Source: Burkholderiaceae bacterium (GTDB lineage: Bacteria > Pseudomonadota > Gammaproteobacteria > Burkholderiales > Burkholderiaceae_C). From it: a stretch of DNA of 64,000 bases. The notes beneath the pieces are model-generated. The model was not told the DNA's origin, did not search any database, and was given only the letters and a program-made list of their open reading frames with translations. A program made the position numbers and the translations under genes. Numbering within the stretch: the first letter of the stretch is position 1; each line of letters opens with the position of its first letter. Where the stretch lies: positions 28,346-92,345 of the forward strand of contig JADMJJ010000040.1 in assembly GCA_018780645.1 (NCBI GenBank), written 5' to 3'. Below, one piece after another: positions 17,037-28,400 of the stretch.

Positions 17037-19031
17037 ATGAGCTATCTGGTTCTCGCCCGCAAATACCGTCCCCGCAGTTTTGAAGAGCTGGTCGGGCAGG
17101 AGCACGTCGTGCAGGCGCTGGCCAATGCGCTGACGCAGCAACGGCTGCACCATGCCTATCTGTTCACCGGCACGCGGGGCGTGGGCAAGACCACGGTCTC
17201 GCGGCTGCTGGCCAAGAGCCTGAATTGCACCGGGCCCGACGGCCAGGGCGGCATCACCGCCCACCCCTGCGGTGTGTGCGAGGCCTGCCGCGACATCGAC
17301 GCCGGCCGTTTCGTCGACTACGTCGAGCTGGATGCGGCCTCGAATCGCGGCGTCGAGGAGATTTCGCAGCTGCTGGACCAGTCGGTCTACAAGCCGGTGG
17401 TGGGTCGCTTCAAGGTCTACATGATTGACGAAGTGCATATGCTCTCCAACACCGCCTTCAACGCGATGCTGAAGACGCTGGAAGAGCCGCCCGAATACCT
17501 GAAATTCGTGCTTGCCACGACCGACCCGCAGAAGGTGCCGGTCACCGTGCTGAGCCGCTGCCTGCAGTTCAATCTGCGGCCGATGGCGCCGCAAACGGTG
17601 CATGAGCATCTGGAGCGCGTGCTGGCCGAGGAAAACATCCCCGTCGATGCCGGCTCGCTGCGCCTCCTGGCCCGCGCCGCCCGTGGCTCGATGCGCGACG
17701 GCCTGTCGCTGGCCGATCAGGCGATCGCCTTCGGCTCCGGCGAGCTCAAGGAAGCCGGCGTGCGCCAGATGCTGGGCGCCGTCGATCGCAGCCATGTGAT
17801 CGCGCTGATCGACGCACTGGCCGCCAGCAACGGCCCCGAAGTGGTGGCGATTGCCGACCGGCTGCGGGCCCAGGGCCTGTCGGCTTCCGGCACGCTGGAA
17901 GATCTGGCCAGCCTGCTGCAGCAGATGGCGGTGGAGCGCGCCGCCCCGGGCAGCGCCGATGCGGCCGACCCCGAAACACCCGAGATGCAGCGCGTGGCGC
18001 GGCTGCTGCCGTCCGACGAGATCCAGCTGATGTACAGCATGGCCCTGCATGGCCGCGCCGAACTGGGCCTGGCGCCCGATGAGTACGGCGGCCTGGTGAT
18101 GGTGCTGCTGCGCATGCTCAGTTTCCGGCCCGAGGGCGGCGGGCGCGGCGCCAGTGCGGCGCCGGTGGAGGCATCGCCTCCGGCCCGCGCACCGGCGATG
18201 GCCGCTTCGGCAAGTGCCAGCAGCCCGGCGCCGGCTGTTCCGGCCGCGCCTGTCGCGAACACGGCGGCCCTGATGGCCGAACCGGTGCGGGCGGAGGCCC
18301 GGGCGCCGGCTCAGCCGCCTGCGCCACAGCCGAAGTATTCGCCCCCACCTGCACCGTCCGTTGCCGTCGTCGTTGCGCGCGAGCCGGCCACGGCCAGCCC
18401 TCGCCCGCCTGTACCCAGGCCGGCACCACCGCCTGCCGCCGCCGCCAGCGACGATGTGCCGCCGTGGATGGATGCGCCGATGGCCGATGAGGAGGGCCAG
18501 GCCATGCCTGCAAGTTCGGCCCCCGCGGAGCCTGCGCGTCGCGCGCCACCCGAAACGTTGGCAGTGTCGGCATCGCCTGTACCGGCGCCGAGTCAGTCCG
18601 CACCACAGTCCACGGCAGGCGAGCCGATCAGGATCCAGGCCACCGCGCTGGGCGAGCGCTGGTACCAGACCGTCAAGCAGTTGGGCCTGGTGGCGATGGC
18701 CCGCGAGGTCGCGCTGCAGGCCGAGTGCGTGGCCATCGAACAGGACGGCGATGCGCAGGTCTGGCGCTTTCGCATCGAGCGTGAATCGCTGCGCGCCCCG
18801 GTGCTGAAAGACAAGCTGCAGACCGCCCTGGCGGCGCACCTCGGGCTGGAACTGCGCGTCGAACTGGAGGCCGGCGCGGCGCTGGATTCGCCGGCGCTGC
18901 GCGATGCCGCCGAGGGCCAACGGCGCCAGCTGGACGCCGAAGCGATCATTCTCAACGACCCGCTGGTGCAGCAGATGCTGAGTCAGTTCAAGACGGCACG
19001 CGTCGTGCCTGGGTCGATCAAACCTCACTGA
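17037..19031 (+). CDS. dnaX: DNA polymerase III subunit gamma/tau
   Basis: The ATG at 17037 gives MSYLVLARKYRPRSFEELVGQEHVV. Walker A GTRGVGKTT, DEVHMLS, a Cys cluster CGVCEAC, and a long Pro/Ala-rich linker before the tau C-terminal domain. Confidence 0.95.
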   Translation: MSYLVLARKYRPRSFEELVGQEHVVQALANALTQQRLHHAYLFTGTRGVGKTTVSRLLAKSLNCTGPDGQGGITAHPCGVCEACRDIDAGRFVDYVELDAASNRGVEEISQLLDQSVYKPVVGRFKVYMIDEVHMLSNTAFNAMLKTLEEPPEYLKFVLATTDPQKVPVTVLSRCLQFNLRPMAPQTVHEHLERVLAEENIPVDAGSLRLLARAARGSMRDGLSLADQAIAFGSGELKEAGVRQMLGAVDRSHVIALIDALAASNGPEVVAIADRLRAQGLSASGTLEDLASLLQQMAVERAAPGSADAADPETPEMQRVARLLPSDEIQLMYSMALHGRAELGLAPDEYGGLVMVLLRMLSFRPEGGGRGASAAPVEASPPARAPAMAASASASSPAPAVPAAPVANTAALMAEPVRAEARAPAQPPAPQPKYSPPPAPSVAVVVAREPATASPRPPVPRPAPPPAAAASDDVPPWMDAPMADEEGQAMPASSAPAEPARRAPPETLAVSASPVPAPSQSAPQSTAGEPIRIQATALGERWYQTVKQLGLVAMAREVALQAECVAIEQDGDAQVWRFRIERESLRAPVLKDKLQTALAAHLGLELRVELEAGAALDSPALRDAAEGQRRQLDAEAIILNDPLVQQMLSQFKTARVVPGSIKPH

Positions 19032-19049
19032 ACACCAAGGAGTATCACG

Positions 19050-19376
19050 ATGATGAAGGGTCAACTGGCCGGTCTGATGAAACAGGCCCAAGCCATGCAG
19101 GACAACCTGAAGAAGGCGCAGGACGAGCTGGCACTGGTCGAGGTCGAGGGCCAGTCGGGCGCCGGCCTGGTCAAGGTCACGATGACCTGCAAGCACGACG
19201 TCAAGCGCGTTGCCATCGACCCCAGCCTGCTGGCCGATGACAAGGACATGCTGGAAGACCTGGTCGCCGCCGCCTTCAATGACGCGGTGCGCCGCGCCGA
19301 GGAGGTCAGCCAGGCCAAGATGGGCAAGCTGACCGCCGGCATGCCCCTGCCCCCGGGCATGAAGTTCCCGTTTTGA
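19050..19376 (+). CDS. ybaB: YbaB/EbfC family nucleoid-associated protein
   Basis: 108 aa, [27 protein letters not shown]..., sitting in the conserved dnaX-ybaB-recR context. Confidence 0.95.
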   Translation: MMKGQLAGLMKQAQAMQDNLKKAQDELALVEVEGQSGAGLVKVTMTCKHDVKRVAIDPSLLADDKDMLEDLVAAAFNDAVRRAEEVSQAKMGKLTAGMPLPPGMKFPF

Positions 19377-19410
19377 ACCTGCTGGCTGGTGCTGAGGCGA
19401 GGGGCTTGCG

Positions 19411-20004
19411 GTGAGCAATGCCCAGCACTCGCTTGATGGCCTGGTGGAGGCCTTGCGGCGTCTGCCGGGCGTGGGCCAGAAGTCGGCCCAGCGCATGGCC
19501 TACCACCTGCTGCAGCATGACCGCGATGGCGCACGTCAGCTCTCGCGGGCGCTGGGTCAGGCGGCCGATCACATCCTGCATTGCCAGCGCTGCCACACCT
19601 TCACCGAAACGCCGGTGTGCAGCATCTGCCTGGACGAGACCCGTGACGCCAGCCTGCTGTGCGTGCTTGAGTCGCCGGCCGATCAGGCAGCGCTGGAGCG
19701 CACCGGCTCCTACCGCGGCTACTACTTTGTGCTGATGGGGCGGGTCAGCCCGCTGGACGGCATCGGCGCGCAAGACATCGGTGTGGCCCAGCTGCTGGAG
19801 CGCGCCGCCGACGGCAAGGTCGAGGAGGTGATTCTGGCCACCAGCTTCACCGCCGAGGGCGAGGCCACGGCCCATGTGCTGAGCCAGGCATTGAAGGCGC
19901 GCGGCCTGCGCGCCACGCGGCTGGCGCGCGGCGTGCCTGTGGGTAGTGAACTCGAGTATGTGGATCTGGGCACCATTGCCCATGCATTGGTGGACCGGCG
20001 CTGA
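19411..20004 (+). CDS. recR: Recombination protein RecR
   Basis: GTG start. HhH motif [17 protein letters not shown], zinc finger [16 protein letters not shown], and a Toprim region. Confidence 0.95.
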   Translation: MSNAQHSLDGLVEALRRLPGVGQKSAQRMAYHLLQHDRDGARQLSRALGQAADHILHCQRCHTFTETPVCSICLDETRDASLLCVLESPADQAALERTGSYRGYYFVLMGRVSPLDGIGAQDIGVAQLLERAADGKVEEVILATSFTAEGEATAHVLSQALKARGLRATRLARGVPVGSELEYVDLGTIAHALVDRR

Positions 20005-20032
20005 GCACCGTTCCACAAGAAAGCCTCAAGAC

Positions 20033-20428
20033 ATGACCCTCGCCAACTACTGCATCATCGTCGCCGGCCTGCTGCCCATCGTCTGCGCCGGCATCGCCAA
20101 GTCCAAGGGCTTTGGCAAGCGCCGCCGTGACGGTGGTTTCGACAACCACAACCCGCGGGCCTGGCTGGCGAGTCTGTCGGGCTGGCAGGCGCGCGCCAAT
20201 GCGGCGCAGGCCAATAGTTTCGAGGCCTTGCCGCTGTTCATCGCCGGCGTGCTGGTGGCGCAGCAGATGCAGGCACCGCAGGGGCGGGTGGACGCCCTGG
20301 CGCTGGCCTTTGTCGCCGCACGCCTGGCCTTCATCGCCCTCTATCTGGCCGACAAGGCCTCGCTGCGATCGCTGGCCTGGACCATAGGCGTGGGCTGCAG
20401 CGTGGCGTTGTTCTTCAGCGCCAGCTGA
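20033..20428 (+). CDS. MAPEG family membrane protein
   Basis: The ATG at 20033 gives MTLANYCIIVAGLLPIVCAG.... Four hydrophobic helices, and the NSFEALPLF block is typical of MAPEG. Confidence 0.75.
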   Translation: MTLANYCIIVAGLLPIVCAGIAKSKGFGKRRRDGGFDNHNPRAWLASLSGWQARANAAQANSFEALPLFIAGVLVAQQMQAPQGRVDALALAFVAARLAFIALYLADKASLRSLAWTIGVGCSVALFFSAS

Positions 20429-20437
20429 ACCGGGGCA

Positions 20438-22042
20438 TCAGCGCTTGCTTGGCTGACGGGCCAGCGCTGACGGCAGTCCGCTGCTGGCCACCGTGCTGCG
20501 ACCGCTGGTGCGCAGAACCTTGCGCCCTGACGGCTGCTTCACGTTCTTGCTGACTGCCGCGGTGCGCACCGGCGTCGTGGCGGTATAGGCAACCAGTCTC
20601 TGCCCGGTCTTCAGCACGGTCTTGGCGCCCAGCTTGTTCCATTGGGCGAACTGCTCGCTGCTGACGCGGTAGCGCCTGGCCAGGCTGGCCACGGTGTCGC
20701 CCTTGCCGGCCTTGAAGGCCACGCGCCTGAGCGGCGGGACGTCCGGTGTCAGGGTGATGCTGGCGTTGTCGGCCAGATGCTCGGACACATCATCGACGCG
20801 GTGCAGGCCGCGCGGCACCAGCAGGGTCGAGCCCTGCTTGACCAGCATGCGCGGCGGAATCTTGTTGACCTCGCGCAGCGTGGCCTCGTTCATGCCCACC
20901 AGCTTGGCTGCGTCGGCGGGTTTCAGCGTGCGCGGCGCGACCCAGGCTGTCCAGCTGGCGAGCGGACCCTGGTGTGCGCTCAAGCGGCGCACGAAGTGGC
21001 TGGCATTGTCATAGGGCAAGAGCACCTGCGGCGTGCCGGCGGCGAGTATCACCGGCTTGTTCATCTGCGGGTTGTAGAGCTTGAAGTCATCGACCTCCAG
21101 GCCGGCCAGACGGGCGGCCATATCGACGTCCATGTCGCGGTCTATCTTCACGCTCAGGAAGAATGGGTGGTTGGCCACCGCCGGCAGGCTCAGGCCGTAG
21201 GCATCGGGGCGGGCAACGATGTTCTTCACCGCCTGCAGCTTGGGGATGTAGTAGCGCGTCTCGTCGGGCATGCGCAGGCTCAGATAGTCGGTCGGCAGGC
21301 CAGCCTTCTGGTTGCGCGTGATCGCCTTCTGCACATTGCCCTGGCCCCAGTTGTAGGCGGCCAGCGCCAGATGCCAGTCGCCGAACATGCCGTGCAGCTT
21401 GCCCAGATAGTCGAGCGCCGCGCGGGTTGAGGCCAGCACATCGCGGCGGTCATCGCGGAACACGTTCTGCTTCAGCGCGAAGTCGCGCCCGGTGGCCGGC
21501 ATGAACTGCCATAGGCCCGAGGCCTTGACGCGCGAGCTGGCGTCGGTAACGAAGGCGCTCTCCACAAATGGCAGCAGTGCCAGTTCGGCGGGCATGCCGC
21601 GCTTCTCGACCTCTTCGATGATGTGATAGAGGTAGCGGCTGCCGCGCTCGGTCATGCGCTGCACATAGTCGGGGCGGCTGCTGTACCACTGCTCGGCCTT
21701 GCCGACCAGTTCGCCGTCCAGATCCTGCAGTGCAAAGCCTTTGCGCACACGCACCCACAGATCGGCCTGGGCGCGGCTGTCGTCAAGGTCGATCTTGGCG
21801 CCGGGCTGCAGCGTGTCTTCCACCAGCGCCGCCGACATCTGGTCGAAGGCGGCGGCCGAGGCTCGACTTGCAGGCACCGGCGCGGGCGTCCAGTTGCTGG
21901 CCAGGGCGACCGGGGCGGCGGTGGCTGACTCGGTGGGGGGTTCTGCGATGGGAGGCGGGGTGCTGGCGCAGGCGGCCAAGAGCAGGGTCAGCAGGGGCAG
22001 CAGGCGCGGCAGCGAATGTGGCTTGGTCGAGTGGTGGGTCAT
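20438..22042 (-). CDS. mltD: Membrane-bound lytic murein transglycosylase D-like lipoprotein (SLT domain plus LysM repeats)
   Basis: Lipobox LLAACAS, SLT catalytic block ESAF...SGLWQFMPATGRDF, and C-terminal LysM-like repeats. The ATG at 22042 overlaps the gloB stop as ATGA. An alternative ATG lies at 22060. Confidence 0.88.
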   Translation of the reverse strand: MTHHSTKPHSLPRLLPLLTLLLAACASTPPPIAEPPTESATAAPVALASNWTPAPVPASRASAAAFDQMSAALVEDTLQPGAKIDLDDSRAQADLWVRVRKGFALQDLDGELVGKAEQWYSSRPDYVQRMTERGSRYLYHIIEEVEKRGMPAELALLPFVESAFVTDASSRVKASGLWQFMPATGRDFALKQNVFRDDRRDVLASTRAALDYLGKLHGMFGDWHLALAAYNWGQGNVQKAITRNQKAGLPTDYLSLRMPDETRYYIPKLQAVKNIVARPDAYGLSLPAVANHPFFLSVKIDRDMDVDMAARLAGLEVDDFKLYNPQMNKPVILAAGTPQVLLPYDNASHFVRRLSAHQGPLASWTAWVAPRTLKPADAAKLVGMNEATLREVNKIPPRMLVKQGSTLLVPRGLHRVDDVSEHLADNASITLTPDVPPLRRVAFKAGKGDTVASLARRYRVSSEQFAQWNKLGAKTVLKTGQRLVAYTATTPVRTAAVSKNVKQPSGRKVLRTSGRSTVASSGLPSALARQPSKR

Positions 22043-22821
22043 CGGAATTCGTTCTTCCATTGGCGCAGGGTGGTAAACACCGAGACGGGATCAACGTCCG
22101 CGGCACCATGATCACTGGCAGCCCTGATCACGGCAGGCTCATCACAGCGCAGGAATGGATTGATGGCGAGCTCGCGCGTGAGAAGCGAGGGCAGGGTGGG
22201 CTGGTGCAGCGCGCGTTGCGCCTCGCACCATTGCTGATAGTCGGCCAGGGCCGCGTTGTCAGGCTCTACCGCCGAGGCAAAGCGCAGGTTGGACAGGGTG
22301 TATTCGTGGGCGCAGCATACCCTTGTTGGGCCGGGCAATCGAGCCAGTTGTGACAGCGAGTGGTGCATCTGCGCCGGCGTGCCCTCGAACAAGCGCCCGC
22401 AGCCGCCGGAGAACAGCGTGTCGCCGCAGAACAGCACGGGCGCCGCGTCGGCTGCTCCCGGCAGGCTCGGCAGATAGTAGGCGATGTGGCCGGCGGTGTG
22501 GCCGGGCACGTCCAGCACCTGGAAGTCCAGGCCCATCAGTGTCACCGCATCACCGCCCCGGCAGGGCGTGCAGGGGCCGGGAATGCTCTCGGTGGCGGGT
22601 CCGAATATGGGACCCTGCAACTGGTCTCGAAGTGCCTCCAGGCCGCCGACGTGATCGCCATGATGGTGGGTCACTAGAATGCCTGCCAGGCGCAGGCCCC
22701 TGCTGCTCAGTGCTCGCAGCACCGGCGCCGCTTCCCCCGGATCCACGACGATCGCATTTGCGCCATCGTGAAGCATCCAGATGTAGTTGTCTGTGAAGGC
22801 AGGCAGTGCGATAAGGTTCAT
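22039..22821 (-). CDS. gloB: Hydroxyacylglutathione hydrolase (glyoxalase II)
   Basis: [20 protein letters not shown] matches the GloB N-terminus. The metallo-beta-lactamase motif THHHGDHVGG is present. Confidence 0.92.
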   Translation of the reverse strand: MNLIALPAFTDNYIWMLHDGANAIVVDPGEAAPVLRALSSRGLRLAGILVTHHHGDHVGGLEALRDQLQGPIFGPATESIPGPCTPCRGGDAVTLMGLDFQVLDVPGHTAGHIAYYLPSLPGAADAAPVLFCGDTLFSGGCGRLFEGTPAQMHHSLSQLARLPGPTRVCCAHEYTLSNLRFASAVEPDNAALADYQQWCEAQRALHQPTLPSLLTRELAINPFLRCDEPAVIRAASDHGAADVDPVSVFTTLRQWKNEFR

Positions 22822-23620
22822 GGCAGGCAATCCGTCGATTATAGAGTTGGCCCACTGGCTGCAAACCCCTGCGGGCCGCTACATGCTGGCCTGGGAACAG
22901 GCGCAGCTGGATGCTGCCGTGGTCGATCTGTTCGGCTTTCATGCACTGCAGCTGGGCCTGCCGGAGCTGGACGGGCTGCGCAGCAATCGCATGCCGCACC
23001 GCTGGCTGGCCTTGCAGCAGGCTCAGCCCCTGCCCGACGACCTGGTGCAGGACCCGGCCCGCACGGTGGCCCTGCATTGCGATTTCGACGCGCTGCCTTT
23101 CGACACCAACAGCCTGGACCTGGTGGTGCTGCCCCATGCGCTCGAACTCGCCCGCGACCCGCACCAGACCCTGCGTGAGGTGGATCGCGTGCTGCGGCCC
23201 GAGGGCAGGGTCGTGATACTGGGGCTGAACCCGACCAGTCTGTGGGCGCTGCGCCAGCGCCTGGGGCGCCTGAGGGGTCGCCTGCCCGGCCGCAAGGGCG
23301 AGCAGGGCCTGTTCCTGCCCAGCAGCGGCGAGTTCATCGGCTACTGGCGTCTGCGTGATTGGCTGCGGCTGCTGAGCTTCGAGGTCGAGGGCGCCCATTT
23401 CGGCTGCTATCGGCCGCCGGGCCTGAGCGAGCGCTGGATGCAGCGCCATGCCTGGATGGAGGGTGCGGGCGAACGTTGGTGGCCGGTGCTGGGCGCCGTT
23501 TACTTTCTGGTGGCTGTCAAGCGCGTGCGTGGCATGCGTCTGGTCGGCCTGCTGCCGCAGGTCCGCAAGGCTCCCAAGACCGCGGCGGTGGCGATGCACA
23601 ACAACAAAGAGATTTCATGA
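22820..23620 (+). CDS. Class I SAM-dependent methyltransferase (YafS-like)
   Basis: [27 protein letters not shown]...FGFHALQLG. It is divergent from gloB and upstream of rnhA, the same arrangement as in enterobacteria. The stop overlaps the rnhA start. Confidence 0.82.
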   Translation: MAGNPSIIELAHWLQTPAGRYMLAWEQAQLDAAVVDLFGFHALQLGLPELDGLRSNRMPHRWLALQQAQPLPDDLVQDPARTVALHCDFDALPFDTNSLDLVVLPHALELARDPHQTLREVDRVLRPEGRVVILGLNPTSLWALRQRLGRLRGRLPGRKGEQGLFLPSSGEFIGYWRLRDWLRLLSFEVEGAHFGCYRPPGLSERWMQRHAWMEGAGERWWPVLGAVYFLVAVKRVRGMRLVGLLPQVRKAPKTAAVAMHNNKEIS

Positions 23621-24096
23621 CCGAGACCCACGAGAACAAACCCGCCGCCACCATCCAGCGTCCCAAGGTGACCGTCTATACCGATGGCGCCTGCAAGGGC
23701 AACCCCGGACCCGGCGGCTGGGGCGCCTGGCTCAGCTCGGGCGGTCACGACAAGGAATTGTTTGGCGGCGAGCCCAACACCACCAACAACCGCATGGAGC
23801 TGACGGCCGTGATCGAGGCGCTGGCCTCGCTGAAGCGCACCTGCGAGGTCACGCTTTACACCGACAGCCAGTACGTACGTAAAGGCATTACGGAATGGAT
23901 CATCGGCTGGAAGCAGCGCGGCTGGCAGACCGCCGACAAGAAGCCGGTGAAGAACGTCGATCTGTGGCAGCGGCTGGACGGCTTGCGCCATCTGCACCAG
24001 GTCGAGTGGCGCTGGGTCAAGGGCCATGCCGGCGACCCCGGCAACGAACGTGCCGATGCCCTGGCCAACCGGGGCGCGGCCTCGGTCGGTCGTTGA
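23617..24096 (+). CDS. rnhA: Ribonuclease HI
   Basis: [32 protein letters not shown] and [15 protein letters not shown]. The start is an ATGA overlap with the upstream gene. Confidence 0.95.
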   Translation: MTETHENKPAATIQRPKVTVYTDGACKGNPGPGGWGAWLSSGGHDKELFGGEPNTTNNRMELTAVIEALASLKRTCEVTLYTDSQYVRKGITEWIIGWKQRGWQTADKKPVKNVDLWQRLDGLRHLHQVEWRWVKGHAGDPGNERADALANRGAASVGR

Positions 24097-24220
24097 GCCT
24101 GCCGCCCGGGCACCCAGCCCTGGGAGTCCGCTCGCCAATCGCACATCGCAGCCCGGTCTTCCCCGGGGCCACGGCGCCACAGGCCAAACGCCGGTACAGT
24201 CCGCGCTCGGAGAATCCGGC

Positions 24221-25417
24221 ATGAGTTTCAAGAAAATACATAGTTTGGTGGCGGTGGTCGCAATAGTGGCGATCAGTGGCGTGGCGTATTGGTGGCAGCA
24301 CCGGCCCGGCCCATTGCCGGCCGCCGGCGCGGCGGGCCCAGCCTCGGGCTCCGCCCAGAGCCAGCCGGGACGTAGCGGCCCGGGCGGGCCGTCCGGGCCC
24401 GTGAGCGTCGAGGTCGGCCGCGTCGCGGTCATGAATCTGCGTGACGAGGCCCAGGCGGTCGGCAGCCTGCGCTCGCGCCAGGCGGTAGTGCTGCGCCCCG
24501 AGGTCAGCGGGCGCATCTCGGCCCTGGGCTTCACCGATGGTCAACGCGTGCGCAAGGGCCAGCTGATGGTGCAACTCGATGACGCACTGCAGGTGGCCCA
24601 GCTCCAGCAGGCCGAGGCCCAGGCCGGCATTGCCCGCACCAGCCTGCAGCGCAACCGCGAGCTGCTGGCGCAGAACTTCGTCAGCGCCAGCGTGGTCGAT
24701 CAGGCCCAGGCCAATCTGCAGGTGGCCGAGGCTCAGGTGGCCCTGGCCAAGGCGCAGCTGAGCCGGCTGAAGATCGTCGCGCCCTTCGATGCCTTGGTGG
24801 GCATACGCTCGGTCAATCTCGGCGACTACGTCAAGGACGGAGCCGACCTGGTGAGCATCGAGGACAGCTCCAGCATGTGGGTCGAGTTCCGCCTGCCAGA
24901 GCGTTTCGTGCCGCGTCTGAAGGGTGGCCAGGCCGTGGACATGACCTTGGACGCACTGCCCAAGCAGGTGTTCCAGGCCAGGGTGGACGTGGTTGATGTG
25001 CAGTTCGATGCCAATGGCCGCTCGATGCTGGTGCGCGCCAAGCTGATGGGGCCGACCGCCGATCTACGCTCCGGACTGTTCGCCCGCGTCAACGTGGTGC
25101 TGGGCGAGCGCCCGAATGCGCTGGTCGTGCCCGAGGAGGCGCTGGTGCCCCAGGGTGGCAAGCAATACATCATCAAGGTCGTTGATGGACCCAAGGGCAA
25201 GCAGTCGCAGCGGGTCGAGGCGCGGCTGGGTATGCGGGTACCGGGCAAGGTCGAGTTGCTGGGTGGCGTGCAGGACGGCGATGTGGTCGTCACCGCCGGC
25301 CAGGCGAGGCTGATGCGCGGTGATGGCCTGCCGGTGAAGATCGTCGATGTGGACAAGCAGGGCGGTGCGCCGCGCAGCGCCGCGGCGTCCGGACCCGCCA
25401 GCGCGGCTTCGCGCTGA
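24221..25417 (+). CDS. RND efflux periplasmic adaptor (membrane fusion protein)
   Basis: The ATG at 24221 gives the membrane anchor MSFKKIHSLVAVVAIVAISGVAYWW. A coiled-coil hairpin rich in Q/A (QLQQAEAQAGIARTSLQRNRELL...) and a beta-barrel region follow. Confidence 0.9.
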   Translation: MSFKKIHSLVAVVAIVAISGVAYWWQHRPGPLPAAGAAGPASGSAQSQPGRSGPGGPSGPVSVEVGRVAVMNLRDEAQAVGSLRSRQAVVLRPEVSGRISALGFTDGQRVRKGQLMVQLDDALQVAQLQQAEAQAGIARTSLQRNRELLAQNFVSASVVDQAQANLQVAEAQVALAKAQLSRLKIVAPFDALVGIRSVNLGDYVKDGADLVSIEDSSSMWVEFRLPERFVPRLKGGQAVDMTLDALPKQVFQARVDVVDVQFDANGRSMLVRAKLMGPTADLRSGLFARVNVVLGERPNALVVPEEALVPQGGKQYIIKVVDGPKGKQSQRVEARLGMRVPGKVELLGGVQDGDVVVTAGQARLMRGDGLPVKIVDVDKQGGAPRSAAASGPASAASR

Positions 25418-25439
25418 TCCCCAGGCACAAGGAGTCGGC

Positions 25440-28400
25440 ATGCGTATCTCGGAAATTTCCATCCGTCGCCCGGTGTTCGCGACCGTGATGTCGCTGCTGC
25501 TGGTGCTGGTCGGCATCGTCTCGTTCGACCGTCTGACCCTTCGCGAGTACCCGCGCATCGACGAACCGGTGGTCACCGTCAGCACCCGGCTGATCGGCGC
25601 CTCCAGCGAGGTGATCGAGTCCCAGGTCAGCAAGCCGCTGGAGGATTCGATAGCCGGCATCGACGGCGTCGACATCCTGACCTCGATCTCGCGCTCGGAG
25701 CAGAGCCAGATCACGGTGCGCTTCAAGCTCGAGAAGAACCCTGACGACGCCGCCGCCGATGTGCGCGACCGCGTCGCCCGGGTACGCGGCCGCCTGCCCG
25801 ATGCCGTCGATGAACCGGTGGTGGCCAAGGTCGAGGCCGACGCCACGCCGACGATCTGGATCGCCTTCACCAGCGAGTCGCTGTCACCGCTGGAAGTGAC
25901 CGACCTGGTGAACCGCGTCGTCAAGCCCAGGCTGCAAACCGTGCCCGGCGTGGCCGATGTGCAGATCGGCGGCGACCGCAAGTACGCGATGCGCATCTGG
26001 CTGGACGCCGATCGCCTGGCCGCCTACCGCCTGACCGTGCAGGACGTGGAGGACGCGCTGCGCAAGCAGAACCTCGAGGTGCCCGCAGGCCGCATCGAGA
26101 GCCAGCAGCGCGAGTTCAACGTCACCGCCCGCACCGATCTGAATACCGTCGCCCAGTTCAACGAGGTGGCGCTGCGCCAGGTCAATGGCATCACCGTGCG
26201 CCTCAAGGATGTGGCCCGCGTTGAAGAGGCGGCCGCCAGCGAGCGCTCCCGCGTGCGCCTGAACGGCGTGCCCTCGGTGAGTCTGGGCGTGATCCGCCAG
26301 GCCACGGCCAATCCGCTGGAGGTCTCGGCAGGCGTGCGCGCCATTCTGCCGCGCATCCAGCAGGACCTGCCGGACACCGTGACCGTGCGGCCGGCCAATG
26401 ACAACTCGATCTTCATCGACCGTTCGATCAAGTCGGTCTACACCACCATCGCCGAATCGGTGGCCCTGGTGGCCCTGGTGGTGTTCGTGTTCCTGCGCAC
26501 CCTGCGCGCGTCCATCATTCCGCTGGTCACGATCCCTATCAGCCTGATCGGTTCGTTCGCACTGATGGCCGCGGCCGGCTTCACCGTCAACACGCTGACC
26601 CTGCTGGCCCTGGTGCTGGCCATCGGCCTGGTGGTGGACGATGCCATCGTCGTTCTGGAGAACATCTTCCGCCACATCGAGGAGGGCCTGAACCCCTTCC
26701 AGGCCGCGCTGAAGGGGGCCAAGGAGATCGGCTTCGCCGTGATGGCGATGACCTTGACCCTGGCGGCCGTGTTCGCGCCGCTGGCCTTCACGCCGGGCCG
26801 TACCGGCCGGCTGTTCGTCGAGTTCGCGCTGACCCTGGCCGGCGCGGTGATCGTGTCGGGCTTCGTCGCCCTGACACTCACACCGATGATGTGCAGCAAG
26901 CTGCTGCGCCACAACGCCAAGCCCGGGCGCTTTGACCGCGGCATGGAGCGGGTGCTGGTCTGGATCACCGAACGCTACACCGGCGCGTTGCGCTTCGCCC
27001 TGCGCCAGCGCTGGATGGTGGTGGTGGTGATGCTGGCCTCGGGGGCCGGCAGCTGGTGGCTGTTCAGCAGCGCCAAGTCGGAGCTGGCGCCGATGGAGGA
27101 CCGCGGCGTCATCATCATGCCGATCAGCGCGCCCGATGGCGCGACCCTGGACTTCACGGCCCGCTATCTGGACGCGATTGACCGCATTGCCTCGGGCTAT
27201 CCCGAGTTCGACCGCGTGTTCCTGTTTGCCGGCGGCGGCATCGTGTCGCAGGGCACGGCCATCCTGCGCGCGGTGGACTGGACCGAGCGCAGCCGCAGCA
27301 CCCAGGAGCTGGCCCGTGCGCTGCAGCCGCAGGTCAGCCTGCTGCCCGGGGTGAGCGCCTTCCCGATCACGCCGCCCAGCCTGGGCCAGGGCTTTCGCGA
27401 GCGGCCGATCAATTTCGTCATCGTGACCAGCGACAGCTATGCGAATCTGGCCAATGTGACGCAGCAGATGATGGCCGAGATGGGCAAGAACCCCGGCTTT
27501 GTGCAGCCCGACAACGACCTGCGACTGAACAAGCCCGAGGTCTTTCTGGAGGTTGACCGCGAGCGTGCGGCCGACCTCGGCGTCAGCGTGGATCAGATCG
27601 CCCGCACGGTGGAGTCGATGCTCGGCGGCCGCGCCGTGACCCGCTACAAGCGTGACGCGGATCAGTACGACGTGCTGGTGCAGACCGAGGGCAGCGGCCG
27701 CACCACGCCCGAGCACATCGAGAAGCTGTTCGTGCGCGGCCGTGGCGACACCATGCTGCCGCTGTCCAGCCTGGTCAAGGTGCGCGAGGCGGTGAGCCCG
27801 CGCGAGCTGAACCACTTCAACCAGCGCCGCTCGGTCTCCATCACCTCCAGCCTGGCCCCGGGCTACTCGCTGGGCGAGGCCCTGCAGTTCATGGACGAGG
27901 CCTCGCGCCGGGTGCTGCCGGTGGGCTATGCGACCGAGCTGAACGGCGTGTCGCGCGAGTTCAAGTCCAGCAGCGGTGCGCTGGGCCTGGTGTTCGTGCT
28001 GGCCGGCCTGTTCATCTTCCTGGTGCTGGCAGCGCAGTTCGAGAGCTTTGTCGATCCGCTGATCATCATGACGGCGGTGCCGCTGTCCATGGTCGGGGCA
28101 CTGGGCGCGATGCAGTTGACGGGCGGCACGCTCAACGTCTATTCGCAGATCGGCCTGATCACCCTGGTGGGTCTGATCACCAAGCACGGCATCCTGATCG
28201 TCGAGTTCAGCAACCAGCTGCGCCAGGCGGGCAAGGACACGCTGGACGCGGTGATAGAGGCCAGTGCGCTGCGTCTGCGGCCTATCCTGATGACCACCGG
28301 TGCCATGGTGCTGGGCGCGCTGCCGCTGGCCCTGGCCTCCGGCGCCGGGGCCGAGAGCCGCCAGCAGATCGGCTGGGTGATCGTGGGCGGGATGTCGCTG

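Noticed and set aside
17037-19031. Programmed -1 frameshift or slippery site in dnaX (gamma versus tau)
   Set aside because: I scanned for an A AAA AAG-type heptamer or an A-run in the gene and saw none. There is no evidence in the sequence for the enterobacterial mechanism.
16983-19496. 837-aa minus-strand ORF antisense to dnaX, ybaB and recR
   Set aside because: It crosses three well-conserved plus-strand genes. It is a shadow ORF.
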